A stretch of 64,000 nucleotides of DNA, taken from the NCBI GenBank assembly GCA_965248195.1, contig CBDFIQ010000001.1, positions 928,001 through 992,000 of the forward strand, in the 5' to 3' direction. Positions 30,830 to 40,831 of the stretch are shown here, piece after piece. The position numbers and the translations under genes were made by a program. Source of the DNA: Longimicrobiales bacterium. GTDB taxonomy: Bacteria; Gemmatimonadota; Gemmatimonadetes; Longimicrobiales; Gaopeijiaceae. Below the pieces are notes generated by a model. The model ran no database searches. It was not told the DNA's origin and was given only the letters and a program-made list of their open reading frames with translations. Position 1 is the stretch's first letter. Each line of letters starts with the position of its first letter.

Positions 30830-32077
30830 CTAGGGCTGCAGCACCACCTTCACCGCACCGCTCTTGCGGTGGTTTGCCGCGGCACGCAGGGCGTACCGAT
30901 ACTGGTCGAGGGGATAGACGTGCGTGACCATGTTCTGGACCGGCGCCCCCGTCTCGAGCAGGAGATCCTGTGCGATCTCGAAAGTGTGCCGCCGCTCACC
31001 CCGCCAGGTCTCCTGTCCGTAACCGACCGCCCCCCGGATGCGAAGCTCCCTGGCCCAGACGAACGTGAGGTCGAGCTTCTTGAACTCGGCCACGCACCCG
31101 ATGACCACGATGCGGGCCCGCGGTGAGGCGAAACCAAGCGACTGTGCGATGCTGCTCCGGTTACCGACACAGTCGTAGATGAGCGGAAAGCCACCGCCAG
31201 AGTAGACCTCGGGGCCTACCACCGGCATGTAGGCGGACGCCCCGGTCTCGATCAACGCCTGGCGCGCTTCAGGACCCGGCGCGACCACGTCGGTGGCCCC
31301 CAAGGTCCGGGCCAACTCCTGCTCGTGCTCCCGCTTGGCCTGCGCCAGGATCGGACCGGGGAAGCCGGTCGCCCGGAGGGCCCATATGGTGGCCAAGGCG
31401 ATGGTGCCGCTCCCGATCACCAAGGCGGGCTCTTGGTCCCTCGGAGGCGTGCGCAAGACGGCGTGCAGTGCGATGGAGAGCGGCTCGAGAAGCACGGCGG
31501 CGTTGTCGGCCAGCGCGTCATCGACGGCAAAAACCTGGGACTCGTGAGCGAGCACGGTCTGGCCCCACCCACCGGGCAAATCTCGGTGATACCCGATCGT
31601 GAGGCCCCGCGAGAGCGGCTGATCTCCGATCAACGTGATGCCGTCTTCGCCGGCCCGCTCACACGTGCAATGAAGCCCCTCGGAGCAGGAGGGGCAGGGA
31701 TCTTCGGGAGGGTATCCCCGGGTCGTGCACGAGATCATCGGATCCATCGCCACCCGCTGTCCTGGCGCCACCCTGGAGACCTGATCGCCGACCGACTTCA
31801 CCCTACCCAGAATCTCATGCCCGAGGACGGCCGGAAACGAGCCGAAGGGCTCCATCGCCGGGCTCGCGGAGTACGTCAAGTTACTGATGTCGCTTCCGCA
31901 GATCCCCCCCGAAATGACCTCGATCTCGACCCAGTCCGGCCCCGGCAATTCCGGCTCGGGGAGATCGCTCATTTTCACGCCGCTGAGAAGCCCGAAGAAG
32001 GCCGAATCCGTGACACGCCCAGCCGACTTCGCGAGAAGGAAGTGAAGAACCGATACGTTGAACGTGACTCCCTTCAT
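30830..32077 (-). CDS. Zinc-dependent alcohol dehydrogenase (MDR family)
   Basis: GICGSD, GHE, structural Cys cluster, GSGTIA. Confidence 0.9.
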   Translation of the reverse strand: MKGVTFNVSVLHFLLAKSAGRVTDSAFFGLLSGVKMSDLPEPELPGPDWVEIEVISGGICGSDISNLTYSASPAMEPFGSFPAVLGHEILGRVKSVGDQVSRVAPGQRVAMDPMISCTTRGYPPEDPCPSCSEGLHCTCERAGEDGITLIGDQPLSRGLTIGYHRDLPGGWGQTVLAHESQVFAVDDALADNAAVLLEPLSIALHAVLRTPPRDQEPALVIGSGTIALATIWALRATGFPGPILAQAKREHEQELARTLGATDVVAPGPEARQALIETGASAYMPVVGPEVYSGGGFPLIYDCVGNRSSIAQSLGFASPRARIVVIGCVAEFKKLDLTFVWARELRIRGAVGYGQETWRGERRHTFEIAQDLLLETGAPVQNMVTHVYPLDQYRYALRAAANHRKSGAVKVVLQP

Positions 32078-32320
32078 GGTCTGGTGCTCAGCCTCCGGTT
32101 GGTTCTTCGGCCTCACCCTCGATGCGACGATGCTCATTCGCCTTGCTGGGGGTCCGGAGGGCAGTCTAGCCCCGGGGGATTCGCCTAGCCACCGGAGCGC
32201 CGCACGCCACGGCAGTCCCAGCCGCGGATCGCCACCTCGAAAGCGTTACTCGCTCGCAGTCCGTCGTCACGGCACTCCCTCACGGAACCGCGGCCGAAGG
32301 CGGTGGGTTACAGGGGGGTC

Positions 32321-33706
32321 ATGACGAAACGCACCGCCATCATCGCAGGAACCCGCACGCCGTTCGTCCGGTCCGGCACCGTCTTCAAGGACCTTACGGC
32401 GATCGACCTGGGTGTGCTCGCGGTGCGTGAGCTCATGGACCGAAGCGGCGTCCGCGGCGAGGACGTGGACCACCTGGTCTACGGGACCGTCGTCCATGAT
32501 CCCCACGCCCCCAACATCGCCCGCGAAGTCGGGCTTGCCACCCTGCCCAAGACCGTGCCCGCCGTGACCGTCTCCCGGGCTTGCACCACCGCCAATCAGT
32601 CGATCGCGGACGGTGCTAATCTCATAGAGCGGGGCTATGCCGACGTGGTCGTCGCCGGCGGGTCCGAATCGCTCACGCACATTCCGATCACGATCAAGCA
32701 GTCCCTTGCGGAAAAACTGATCGGCGTCTCCAAAGCGAAGACGGTCGGCGCGCGATTGGGTACGCTGGCCAAGATCCGTCCCAAGGATTTCATACCCAAC
32801 TTCCCGCAGATCGCGGAGCCCACGACGGGCGAAAGCATGGGAGAGTCGGCCGAGCGCATGGCCAAGGAAAACGGCATCAGCCGGGCCGATCAGGACGCGT
32901 GGGCGCTTCGCTCGCATCAGCTCGCCGCGGCAGGAACGCAGGACGGGAGGCTTACCGCAGAGATTGGCCCGGTCTACGTGCCTCCGCGTTTCGACACGGT
33001 CGTGGCGACCGACAACGGCATACGGACCGACACTAGCAAGGCGGCCTTGGCCAAGCTGCGCCCCGTTTTCGACCGCAAGCACGGCAGCGTGACGGCGGGC
33101 AACGCCTCGCCGCTCACCGATGGGGGCTCGGCGGTCCTGATGATGTCCGAGGAGCGGGCAAATGCCGATGGCCTCGAGCCGATGGGCTTTGTCCGCAGCT
33201 ATGCGTTCTCGGGTCTCGACCCCGGGGGGCAGCTGCTCCAGGGGCCCGCCTACGCCGCGCCGATGGCGCTGGACCGGGCGGGCATCACCATGGCGGACAT
33301 CGGCCTGATGGAAATGCACGAGGCTTTCGCGGCGCAGGTGCTCTCGAACCTCCAGGCGCTCTCGTCTCAGAAGTTCGCCGAGGAGGAATTGGGCCGAAGC
33401 CAAGCTGTGGGGCACCCCGACGTCGAGCTCATCAACGTGATGGGCGGCTCCATCGCGATCGGCCATCCGTTCGGCGCCACCGGCGCCCGCCTCACGACCA
33501 CGCTGCTGAACGAAATGAAGCGTCGGGACGTGGAGTTGGGGTTGATTACGGTGTACGCCGCTTTAGCTGACGGACGCCACTTCACAGGATCCGGGTGGAC
33601 GCTGGTCCTCGTCTGCCCTACTAGCCCCCCAGTTCCCTTTCCAGCGCCTCGCGATTCTCCCGCCGCCGTTTGCCGTCCTCGAACCTCTCCTTGTCCTCAT
33701 CCGTAA
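32321..33706 (+). CDS. fadI: Acetyl-CoA C-acyltransferase (FadI-like thiolase) with aberrant C-terminus, possible pseudogene
   Basis: RTPF, SRAC, HEAFA, GHPFGATG; the expected terminal CAAGG reads YAALA. Confidence 0.8.
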   Translation: MTKRTAIIAGTRTPFVRSGTVFKDLTAIDLGVLAVRELMDRSGVRGEDVDHLVYGTVVHDPHAPNIAREVGLATLPKTVPAVTVSRACTTANQSIADGANLIERGYADVVVAGGSESLTHIPITIKQSLAEKLIGVSKAKTVGARLGTLAKIRPKDFIPNFPQIAEPTTGESMGESAERMAKENGISRADQDAWALRSHQLAAAGTQDGRLTAEIGPVYVPPRFDTVVATDNGIRTDTSKAALAKLRPVFDRKHGSVTAGNASPLTDGGSAVLMMSEERANADGLEPMGFVRSYAFSGLDPGGQLLQGPAYAAPMALDRAGITMADIGLMEMHEAFAAQVLSNLQALSSQKFAEEELGRSQAVGHPDVELINVMGGSIAIGHPFGATGARLTTTLLNEMKRRDVELGLITVYAALADGRHFTGSGWTLVLVCPTSPPVPFPAPRDSPAAVCRPRTSPCPHP

Positions 33707-34109
33707 CCAGCTTCAGACCAGGCACCGGCGCCGGGCGGCTGTTCTCGTCGATGGCCACGAAGGTCAGAAAGCAGTCGTTGGTGTTGCGGCGACGGCCTGT
33801 TATCGGATGCTCCGCCACGACGCGGACGCCGATCTCCATCGAGGTGCGGCCGACGTAGTTGACCCGTGCGCTGCACGTCAGGAACTCGCCCGTGTAGATC
33901 GGCTCCTTGAAGTCCACCTGGTTGATCGACACGGTCACACACGGCTGGCGCGAATGGCGCATCGCCGTGACCGCCGCAGCCCGGTCCACCATCGAGAGCA
34001 CAACGCCCCCGAAAACGTGGCCGAGGTTGTTGACGTCGCCCGGCATCATGAGCTCCGCGATCTCCGAGGCGGACTCGTCCGGGCTTTGGGCTTCTCGTTC
34101 TTCAGTCAT
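33621..34109 (-). CDS. Acyl-CoA thioesterase (hotdog, YciA-like)
   Basis: NNLGHVFGG, VTVS, VGRTSME, TFVAID. Confidence 0.92.
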   Translation of the reverse strand: MTEEREAQSPDESASEIAELMMPGDVNNLGHVFGGVVLSMVDRAAAVTAMRHSRQPCVTVSINQVDFKEPIYTGEFLTCSARVNYVGRTSMEIGVRVVAEHPITGRRRNTNDCFLTFVAIDENSRPAPVPGLKLVTDEDKERFEDGKRRRENREALERELGG

Positions 34110-34283
34110 CAGCAGGCTCATCCTGGCTCTGGGACTCCCGAATCCAACCCCGCTGTGAAAGGCAAAAGTGAGCACCTCGGGACAGCGGAACCTGGAAAGC
34201 TAAACGGTGAGCCTGGTCCCGGGCCACCCGGTGTTCCGCCTCCCTTGTCCATCGCCACCCACCTCACTAGCGTAGTTCCCCTC

Positions 34284-34958
34284 ATGAAGAATTTCCTTGG
34301 ACCGATTTCGGGCGGCTTCCCTCTCTCGGCCGCCCTCGCAACAGTCGCGGTCGTCGCTGCGCTGCCGGCGAGCGCGCAGGATCCACCGCCGGTCATCGTG
34401 CAGCCGGGCGCGCCCGGCGAGCCGACCCGGACGCTCACAGCCGAGGAGGCAGCCGCCCTCGGGCAACCGGTGCACGTCGACGCGGACGTACGGTTCATGC
34501 AGGGGATGATCCACCACCACGGCCAAGCCCTGGACATGACCGATCTGCTCTCCACCCGGACGGAGAGCGCAGAGATGCGGCTTCTGGCCCGGCGGATTGA
34601 CATCTCTCAAACCGACGAGATAGGGATGATGGAGGGGTGGCTGAAATCTCGGGGCGAAGACACGCCAAGGGTGCGTGACGAGGAATCGACACCCCTCAAT
34701 GACGACCAACTCATGCCCGGAATGCTCAACGAGCGACAGATGGCTGAGTTGGCCTCAGCGACGGGCGAGGCGTTCGACCGCCTTTTCTTGGAGTTCATGA
34801 TCGTCCACCACGAAGGGGCGCTGACCATGGTAAGTGAGCTCTTCTTGGTCTCTCGGGCCGGCCAGGAGCCGGTGATTTTTCAGTTCGCCTCCGACGTCGA
34901 CGCCGACCAGACCGCTGAGATCGGGCGGATGAACACGATGCTGCAGGCTCGGCGATGA
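34284..34958 (+). CDS. DUF305 (ferritin-like) secreted protein
   Basis: Signal peptide; FMQGMIHHHGQA and FMIVHHEGA. Confidence 0.88.
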   Translation: MKNFLGPISGGFPLSAALATVAVVAALPASAQDPPPVIVQPGAPGEPTRTLTAEEAAALGQPVHVDADVRFMQGMIHHHGQALDMTDLLSTRTESAEMRLLARRIDISQTDEIGMMEGWLKSRGEDTPRVRDEESTPLNDDQLMPGMLNERQMAELASATGEAFDRLFLEFMIVHHEGALTMVSELFLVSRAGQEPVIFQFASDVDADQTAEIGRMNTMLQARR

Positions 34959-35031
34959 CCCGATACGCCACACGCCGATGCCCACTCGCCGGTACCCCAC
35001 ACGCCGATACCCCACACATAAGAGGCTCTGT

Positions 35032-36873
35032 ATGACCCGCAGAAATAATCATGGTTTGACCTCTGGATACACAGCCACGAAAATCCGGTCCACCCTGTCC
35101 TGTCTTCTGCTGGCCGCGGCCGTCTCCTTGGTCGGCGCAACCCTGGCGGCCGCCCAAGATGCTGCGCCGTCCGCTGATCCGCGTGTGGGGCTCGCCCCCG
35201 GTTGGCACGACGCCGCCTCTGCGATCAGCAACGTCGAGCTGTTGGCTTCTGTGCCAAAGGGCGTGGCCTTCGTGAACCCCGATTCGGCATTCGGGAGGGG
35301 GTATTCCAACTCGGACATCGCGTTCACAGCGAACTATGCGATCCAGGGCAACTACCGGGGCTTTCAGATCTACGACATCGAGGACCCGCTCAACCCGACG
35401 CTACGTACCTCGGTCGTGTGCCCCGGGGACCAGGGCGACCCCTCCGTCTACGGCGACCTTCTTTTCATATCGGTGCAGGCCCTGAGCGCGCGGCTCGACT
35501 GCGGAACGCAAGGCGTCGCGGACTCGATCAGCGCCGAACGTTTCAGGGGCGTCCGCATCTTCGACATCAGCGACATCCGGAGTCCTAGACAGGTTGCGGC
35601 TGTGCAAACGTGCCGGGGCTCCCACACGCATACCGTCGTCGAAGATCCCAGAGACGACGAGAACGTCTACATCTACGTGCAGGGCACGGGTTCTGTGCGC
35701 GCCCGCGAAGAGTTGGAGGGTTGCTCGGACCTTGGGGCAGAAGACCCGAACACGTCCTTTTTCCGCATCGAGGTGATCCGGGTGCCCCTCGCTCGGCCCC
35801 AGGATGCCGCGGTGGTGAGCGAGCCTCGCATTTTCACCAACGAGCAGACGGGGGACATCGCCGGCCTGTGGGGCGGCGGTGACCACGGCCCGGGAACCCA
35901 AGCGTCGAGGGAGACCAACCGGTGCCACGACATCACGGCGTATCCCGCGATTGGATTGGCCGCCGGGGCCTGCGGCGGAAACGGCATCCTCCTGGACATC
36001 TCGGATCCGGTGAACCCGTACCGTATCGACGAAGTCGTGGACCCGGGTTTCGCGTCCTGGCACTCGGCGACGTTCAGCAACGACGGCACCAAGGTGATCT
36101 TCACGGACGAGTGGGGCGGGGGTAGTCAACCCCGCTGCCGCGACACGGACCCACTCAATTGGGGCGCAGACGCGATCTTCGATATCGTCGGCCGCAAGCT
36201 TCTCTTCGCAGGTTACTACAAGATGAGCGCCCCCCAGACCGAGGAGGAGAATTGTGTTGCCCACAACGGGTCGCTCATTCCCGTGCCTGGTCGGGACATC
36301 AAGGTCCAGGGCTGGTATCAGGGCGGCATGTCGGTTTTCGATTTCACGGATCCGGCGAACCCCATCGAGATCGCGTACTTCGACCGCGGCCCGGTCACTT
36401 CGGAGCAGCTGGTCTCGGGTGGTTACTGGTCGACCTATTGGTACAACGGCTTCATCTACGGAGCGGAGATCTCCAGGGGCTTCGACGTGTTCCGTCTGGT
36501 ACCCAGTGAGCACCTGAGCCAGAACGAGATCGACGCAGCGGCCGAGGTCCGCATGACCGTGTTCAACACGCAGCACCAGCCCAAGATCGTTTGGGAGCCC
36601 ACGCTCGCCGTGGCACGCGCCTACCTCGACCAACTCATGAGGAGCAACGCCATCCGAGCCGACAGAGCCGTGAGCATCGCGGGCGCCCTGGATCGGTTCG
36701 AGCGGCTGTCAGGGGGACCGGAGCAGGCAGAGCTGTTGGCGCAGCTCCAGCAGACGGCAGCCGATCTGGAGAGCGACTCACGGGTTTCGGTCGCCGGCGA
36801 ACGATCGACCGATCGAAGTCGTATGCGCTTGCTCGCCGCAACGTTGAGAGGCCTGGCCGGCTCGGTGCGTTGA
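35032..36873 (+). CDS. Secreted LVIVD-repeat beta-propeller protein
   Basis: NSDIAF, GVRIFDISD, CRGSHTHT, CVAHNG, EIAYFDRG; adjacent to DUF305. Confidence 0.8.
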   Translation: MTRRNNHGLTSGYTATKIRSTLSCLLLAAAVSLVGATLAAAQDAAPSADPRVGLAPGWHDAASAISNVELLASVPKGVAFVNPDSAFGRGYSNSDIAFTANYAIQGNYRGFQIYDIEDPLNPTLRTSVVCPGDQGDPSVYGDLLFISVQALSARLDCGTQGVADSISAERFRGVRIFDISDIRSPRQVAAVQTCRGSHTHTVVEDPRDDENVYIYVQGTGSVRAREELEGCSDLGAEDPNTSFFRIEVIRVPLARPQDAAVVSEPRIFTNEQTGDIAGLWGGGDHGPGTQASRETNRCHDITAYPAIGLAAGACGGNGILLDISDPVNPYRIDEVVDPGFASWHSATFSNDGTKVIFTDEWGGGSQPRCRDTDPLNWGADAIFDIVGRKLLFAGYYKMSAPQTEEENCVAHNGSLIPVPGRDIKVQGWYQGGMSVFDFTDPANPIEIAYFDRGPVTSEQLVSGGYWSTYWYNGFIYGAEISRGFDVFRLVPSEHLSQNEIDAAAEVRMTVFNTQHQPKIVWEPTLAVARAYLDQLMRSNAIRADRAVSIAGALDRFERLSGGPEQAELLAQLQQTAADLESDSRVSVAGERSTDRSRMRLLAATLRGLAGSVR

Positions 36874-36953
36874 GGGAGGCCTGGCTCGTTGCGTTGAGGG
36901 CCGAGGGTGCACCCCCCGCGGCCTGATCCGAAGAGCCTCCTCCATCTGTCATT

Positions 36954-38474
36954 GTGCAGAAGAACCTGATGCAGCGGATCGGCCTGGTCCTCGGGCCGAT
37001 TCTGTTCATCGTGATCAACTTTCTCGACTTGGAGCCGGGAAACCCGGCCCTCACGCGCATGGCTGCCGTGGCGGCCCTGATGGCCACCTGGTGGATCACC
37101 GAGGCGATTCCGCTCTTCGCGACTGCGCTCCTGCCCCTCGTTCTCTATCCGCTGCTCGGGATCGAGCGCGGGGGAGCCACGGCGCCCATCTACTTCAACA
37201 GCACGATCGTGCTGTTTCTGGGCGGCTTCATGATCGCCCTGACCATGGAGAAGTGGAATCTGCACCGCCGGATCGCGCTCAAGATCATCCGGGCCATCGG
37301 CGGCGGGCCGTCCCGAATCGTGCTGGGCTTCATGGTGGCCGCCGCGTTCCTGTCCATGTGGGTCTCCAATACGGCCACCGCCATCATGATGGTGCCGATC
37401 GGCCTCGCCATCATCCTGGAAATGGAGAAGGACTTCGGAGAGGAGGACACGCACTCCTTTTCGGTGGGCGTCATGCTCGGCATCGCTTATGCGTGCTCGG
37501 TCGGAGGGATTGCGACGCTGGTCGGAACGCCCCCCAACCTCTCGCTGGCCCGGATCTTCGAGATCACGTTCCCCGACGCGCCGCCTCTGGTATTCGGCCA
37601 ATGGATGGTGATGGCGCTACCCATTTCGATCGTCATGTTGGTGATCGCTTGGCTGCTGATCACCAAGGTGTTCTTCCGTGTGCCCGAGCATATCACCGTG
37701 GACCAAGCCGTAGTCGAGGAACAGGCGGAGGCGCTCGGACCGGTGGCCTACGAGGAGAAGGCGGTGCTCGTCGTCTTCGGGCTCACCGCGTTCCTGTGGG
37801 TGTTCCGGTTGCCGCTCCAACTCGGCATCATCACCATACCGGGCTGGTCCCAGCTGCTTCCGTTCCCCGACCTGATCGATGACGGGACCGTCGCCATCGC
37901 CATGGCTGGGCTCCTGTTCCTCATTCCGACTCGGACTGCGGACGCGCCGGCCCCGACCCTGGCTGGCCGGGACATCATCCCGCGCCTGCCGTGGAACATC
38001 GTGCTCCTGTTCGGGGGCGGATTCGCCCTCGCCTACGGCTTCCAGGTCACGGGGCTGTCCATTCTGATCGGCAACGGATTCGCCGGCCTCGCGGGCGTGC
38101 CCCCCTTCGTGCTGATTCTCATGGTCTGCCTGGCGATCACCTTCCTCACCGAATTGACGTCCAATACGGCCACCACGGAGATGATCCTTCCGATCCTGGC
38201 CTCCGTGGCGGTCGCTACGAACGTGCACCCTCTGTTGTTGATGATCCCCGCGACCCTGTCCGCGTCGTGCGCGTTCATGATGCCCGTGGCCACACCGCCC
38301 AACGCCATCGTCTTCGGAAGCGACCGGGTCCGGATTCCGGAGATGGTCAAGATCGGACTCGTGCTGAACCTGGTGGGGGCCCTGGTGATTACCTTCGCGT
38401 TCCTGGTCCTGGGGACCGCGATATTCGGGATCGAGTCGGGGGTGATGCCGGAGTGGGCGGTGTTGGGGGGTTAG
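36954..38474 (+). CDS. SLC13/DASS sodium:dicarboxylate symporter
   Basis: SNTAT x2, GTPPN, FMMPVATPPNA. Confidence 0.93.
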   Translation: MQKNLMQRIGLVLGPILFIVINFLDLEPGNPALTRMAAVAALMATWWITEAIPLFATALLPLVLYPLLGIERGGATAPIYFNSTIVLFLGGFMIALTMEKWNLHRRIALKIIRAIGGGPSRIVLGFMVAAAFLSMWVSNTATAIMMVPIGLAIILEMEKDFGEEDTHSFSVGVMLGIAYACSVGGIATLVGTPPNLSLARIFEITFPDAPPLVFGQWMVMALPISIVMLVIAWLLITKVFFRVPEHITVDQAVVEEQAEALGPVAYEEKAVLVVFGLTAFLWVFRLPLQLGIITIPGWSQLLPFPDLIDDGTVAIAMAGLLFLIPTRTADAPAPTLAGRDIIPRLPWNIVLLFGGGFALAYGFQVTGLSILIGNGFAGLAGVPPFVLILMVCLAITFLTELTSNTATTEMILPILASVAVATNVHPLLLMIPATLSASCAFMMPVATPPNAIVFGSDRVRIPEMVKIGLVLNLVGALVITFAFLVLGTAIFGIESGVMPEWAVLGG

Positions 38475-38524
38475 CGAAGCCTCTCTGAGGGGTAGCGGGA
38501 ATTTCAATTATCCCCTTTCCCCAA

Positions 38525-38552
38525 TTGACATGCCACACAGCTTCGCTATCGT
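38525..38552 (+). promoter_or_regulatory. Sigma70-type promoter of the pro operon leader
   Basis: TTGACA-N16-TATCGT. Confidence 0.6.
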
Positions 38553-38610
38553 CCGTCACACCATTTTCGACCGTTTCGATCTCTTTTTGACCTCTTCGAC
38601 CGGACCGACC

Positions 38611-38706
38611 GTGAACCAGCACGCACGACCGCGACGCCGACCGCGAACCGACCGTCCACTTCCCAGGGAGCGGGCGCGTCCTGTCTTGCGTGGGGAGATT
38701 CGATAG
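38611..38706 (+). CDS. Putative Arg/Pro-rich leader peptide (31 aa)
   Basis: MNQHARPRRRPRTDRPLPRERARPVLRGEIR*, between promoter and terminator upstream of proC. Confidence 0.6.
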   Translation: MNQHARPRRRPRTDRPLPRERARPVLRGEIR

Positions 38707-38738
38707 AACCGCCTTCGACCCCCGAGACCTGACGTTCG

Positions 38739-38768
38739 CCGGCCCCCATTCCAGGAGCCGGTTTTTTT
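38739..38768 (+). terminator. Intrinsic terminator (attenuator) 18 nt before proC
   Basis: CCGGCCCC/GGAGCCGG stem followed by T7. Confidence 0.75.
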
Positions 38769-38786
38769 GTTTCCGAGAGGTTTCCG

Positions 38787-39632
38787 ATGTCCGCACAAAA
38801 AGCATCCGAATCATCGTCCGCCACCCTGGCAATTCTGGGTGGCGGGAACCTGGGCCAAGCCCTTGCCCGCGGCCTGGTACGCAGCGGGACGCTGGGGCCC
38901 GATCAGATCCACGTCACCCGCCGGCGTCCAGACGCGCTGGAGGATTTGGCCGCCGAGGGCTTCGGGGTCGGGATCAGTAATCTCGCTGCCATCGAACGGG
39001 GCGGAACGGTTCTGATCGCGGTTCAGCCCCAGCAGATCGCGGATCTGCTCGACGAGATCCGGGACGAGCTCGATCCTGGCCGCCACAAGGTGATCTCCGT
39101 GGTCTCGGGCGTGACCGTCGCCCAGCTTCGGCAGATGATCCCGGCTACGATTCCGGTGGTCCGAGCCATGCCGAACACGGCCGTTTCGATCGGAGAGTCG
39201 ATGACCTGTCTCTCGGCCGATCCCGAAGGGATCGGCGCCCTCGATGAGGCGGAGGCTCTGTTCAAGGGCGTGGGACTCACGCTCCGCATCGAGGACGAGA
39301 TGATGGTCGGAGCCACGGCACTGTGTGCATGCGGCATCGCCTTCTTTCTCCGCTCGGTTCGGGCCGCCTCCCAGGGCGGTATCGAGATCGGCTTCCACCC
39401 CGAAGACGCGCTCTTGCTCGCGGCGCAGACCGCGAGGGGAGCCGCTTCGCTCGCCCTGCGTGACAACCAACATCCGGAGTCGGAAATCGACCGGGTCACG
39501 ACGCCACGAGGCTGTACGATCGCGGGGCTCAACGAGATGGAGCATCAGGGCTTCAGCTCGGCGATGATCAAGGGCTTCGTGCTTTCGGCTCGTAAAGCTG
39601 GTGTGCTCTTCGACGACGGGAACGCTGCGTGA
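38787..39632 (+). CDS. proC: Pyrroline-5-carboxylate reductase
   Basis: GGGNLG, RAMPN, VTTPRGCT. Confidence 0.95.
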   Translation: MSAQKASESSSATLAILGGGNLGQALARGLVRSGTLGPDQIHVTRRRPDALEDLAAEGFGVGISNLAAIERGGTVLIAVQPQQIADLLDEIRDELDPGRHKVISVVSGVTVAQLRQMIPATIPVVRAMPNTAVSIGESMTCLSADPEGIGALDEAEALFKGVGLTLRIEDEMMVGATALCACGIAFFLRSVRAASQGGIEIGFHPEDALLLAAQTARGAASLALRDNQHPESEIDRVTTPRGCTIAGLNEMEHQGFSSAMIKGFVLSARKAGVLFDDGNAA

Positions 39633-40831
39633 CCTCCACGTTGGACGCGGGCCGGGACTTCGGCGAGCTCCCCCGGGTCGTGGTCAAGGTCGGTAGCGGC
39701 ATCATCGCGCCCGCGGGGCGTCTCGATCCGCTCGTCATCGAGCGTATCGCCAGAGACGTTACCGCGCTGCGTAACAAGCGCCTCGAGGTCGTGCTGGTCG
39801 TGTCGGGTGCTGTCGCCGCGGGCTATCTCGGGATGGGAAGGGATCAGCCCCCGACGTCCGTCGTCGAGCGGCAGGCGGCCGCGGCGGTGGGGCAGTATCA
39901 ACTCATGACGATGTTCGCGCAGGAGTTCGAGAAGTGCGACACCGTGGTCGCGCAGCTCCTCATGATGCAGGACGACATCGAGGACCGGCGCAGGTTTCTG
40001 AGCGCCAGGCACACGCTACAGGAGCTCCTGTCGCGTGGCGTCCTTCCGATCATCAACGAGAACGACCCGCTAGCAGACGACGAAGCGAAGATCGGAGACA
40101 ACGACCATCTCGCGGCGCTCGTCACGAGCCTGACCACCGCCGATCTCCTCGTCATCCTGAGCACGGTCCCTGGTGTGCTTCGGTTCGGCGACGACGAGGT
40201 GATCAGCACCATCGAAGTCGGCTCCGAGCTCGACGACCACATCACCGATGACCAGAGCGATACCGGAGTCGGGGGGATGAGGGCCAAGGTTCGGGCGGCG
40301 AGATTGGCGAGTGGCTGGGGCGTCCCCACCGTGATCGCCTCGGGCAAGGAGCCCGGACTCCTCGCCCGCGTCGTGGACGGTGAGGAGGTCGGATCGCTTT
40401 TTGCGCCGGGCAAGAAGCGCCTCACGGAGCGGAAGCGGTGGATCGCCATCCGGACCCGTTCGCGGGGCTCCATCGTGGTGGACGACGGCGCCAAGCAGGC
40501 CCTCCTCGAGCGTGGGGCCAGCCTGCTACCCATCGGCATCGTCGAGGTCGAGGGCGACTTCGGGATCGGCGCGCGGGTCGACCTGCTCGATGGAAGCGGG
40601 GAGGCCTTCGCCGTGGGCCTCGTGTCGTACCCGGCGTCGGAGATTCAGCGCATGAAGGGACGGCAGAGTGGGGATTTCCAGGAAGTGCTCGGGTACAAGT
40701 ACGTGGAGGAGATCGTACACCGAGAGGATCTGGTCTTGCTCGACGTCAAGACCGACGAACGAGAGAGTTCCGACGACCGGGACTACGAGGTCGACCGGGA
40801 TCGCTTGAACAACGGGGAGAAGAGGGGATGA
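39629..40831 (+). CDS. proB: Glutamate 5-kinase
   Basis: VVKVGS, SGAV, INEND, GDND, GGMRAK, PUA domain. Confidence 0.96.
   Translation: MTSTLDAGRDFGELPRVVVKVGSGIIAPAGRLDPLVIERIARDVTALRNKRLEVVLVVSGAVAAGYLGMGRDQPPTSVVERQAAAAVGQYQLMTMFAQEFEKCDTVVAQLLMMQDDIEDRRRFLSARHTLQELLSRGVLPIINENDPLADDEAKIGDNDHLAALVTSLTTADLLVILSTVPGVLRFGDDEVISTIEVGSELDDHITDDQSDTGVGGMRAKVRAARLASGWGVPTVIASGKEPGLLARVVDGEEVGSLFAPGKKRLTERKRWIAIRTRSRGSIVVDDGAKQALLERGASLLPIGIVEVEGDFGIGARVDLLDGSGEAFAVGLVSYPASEIQRMKGRQSGDFQEVLGYKYVEEIVHREDLVLLDVKTDERESSDDRDYEVDRDRLNNGEKRG

Noticed and set aside
30600..30830. Riboswitch upstream of the VWA lipoprotein
   Set aside because: GC-rich hairpins are present but no riboswitch consensus I can recognise; needs an Rfam scan.
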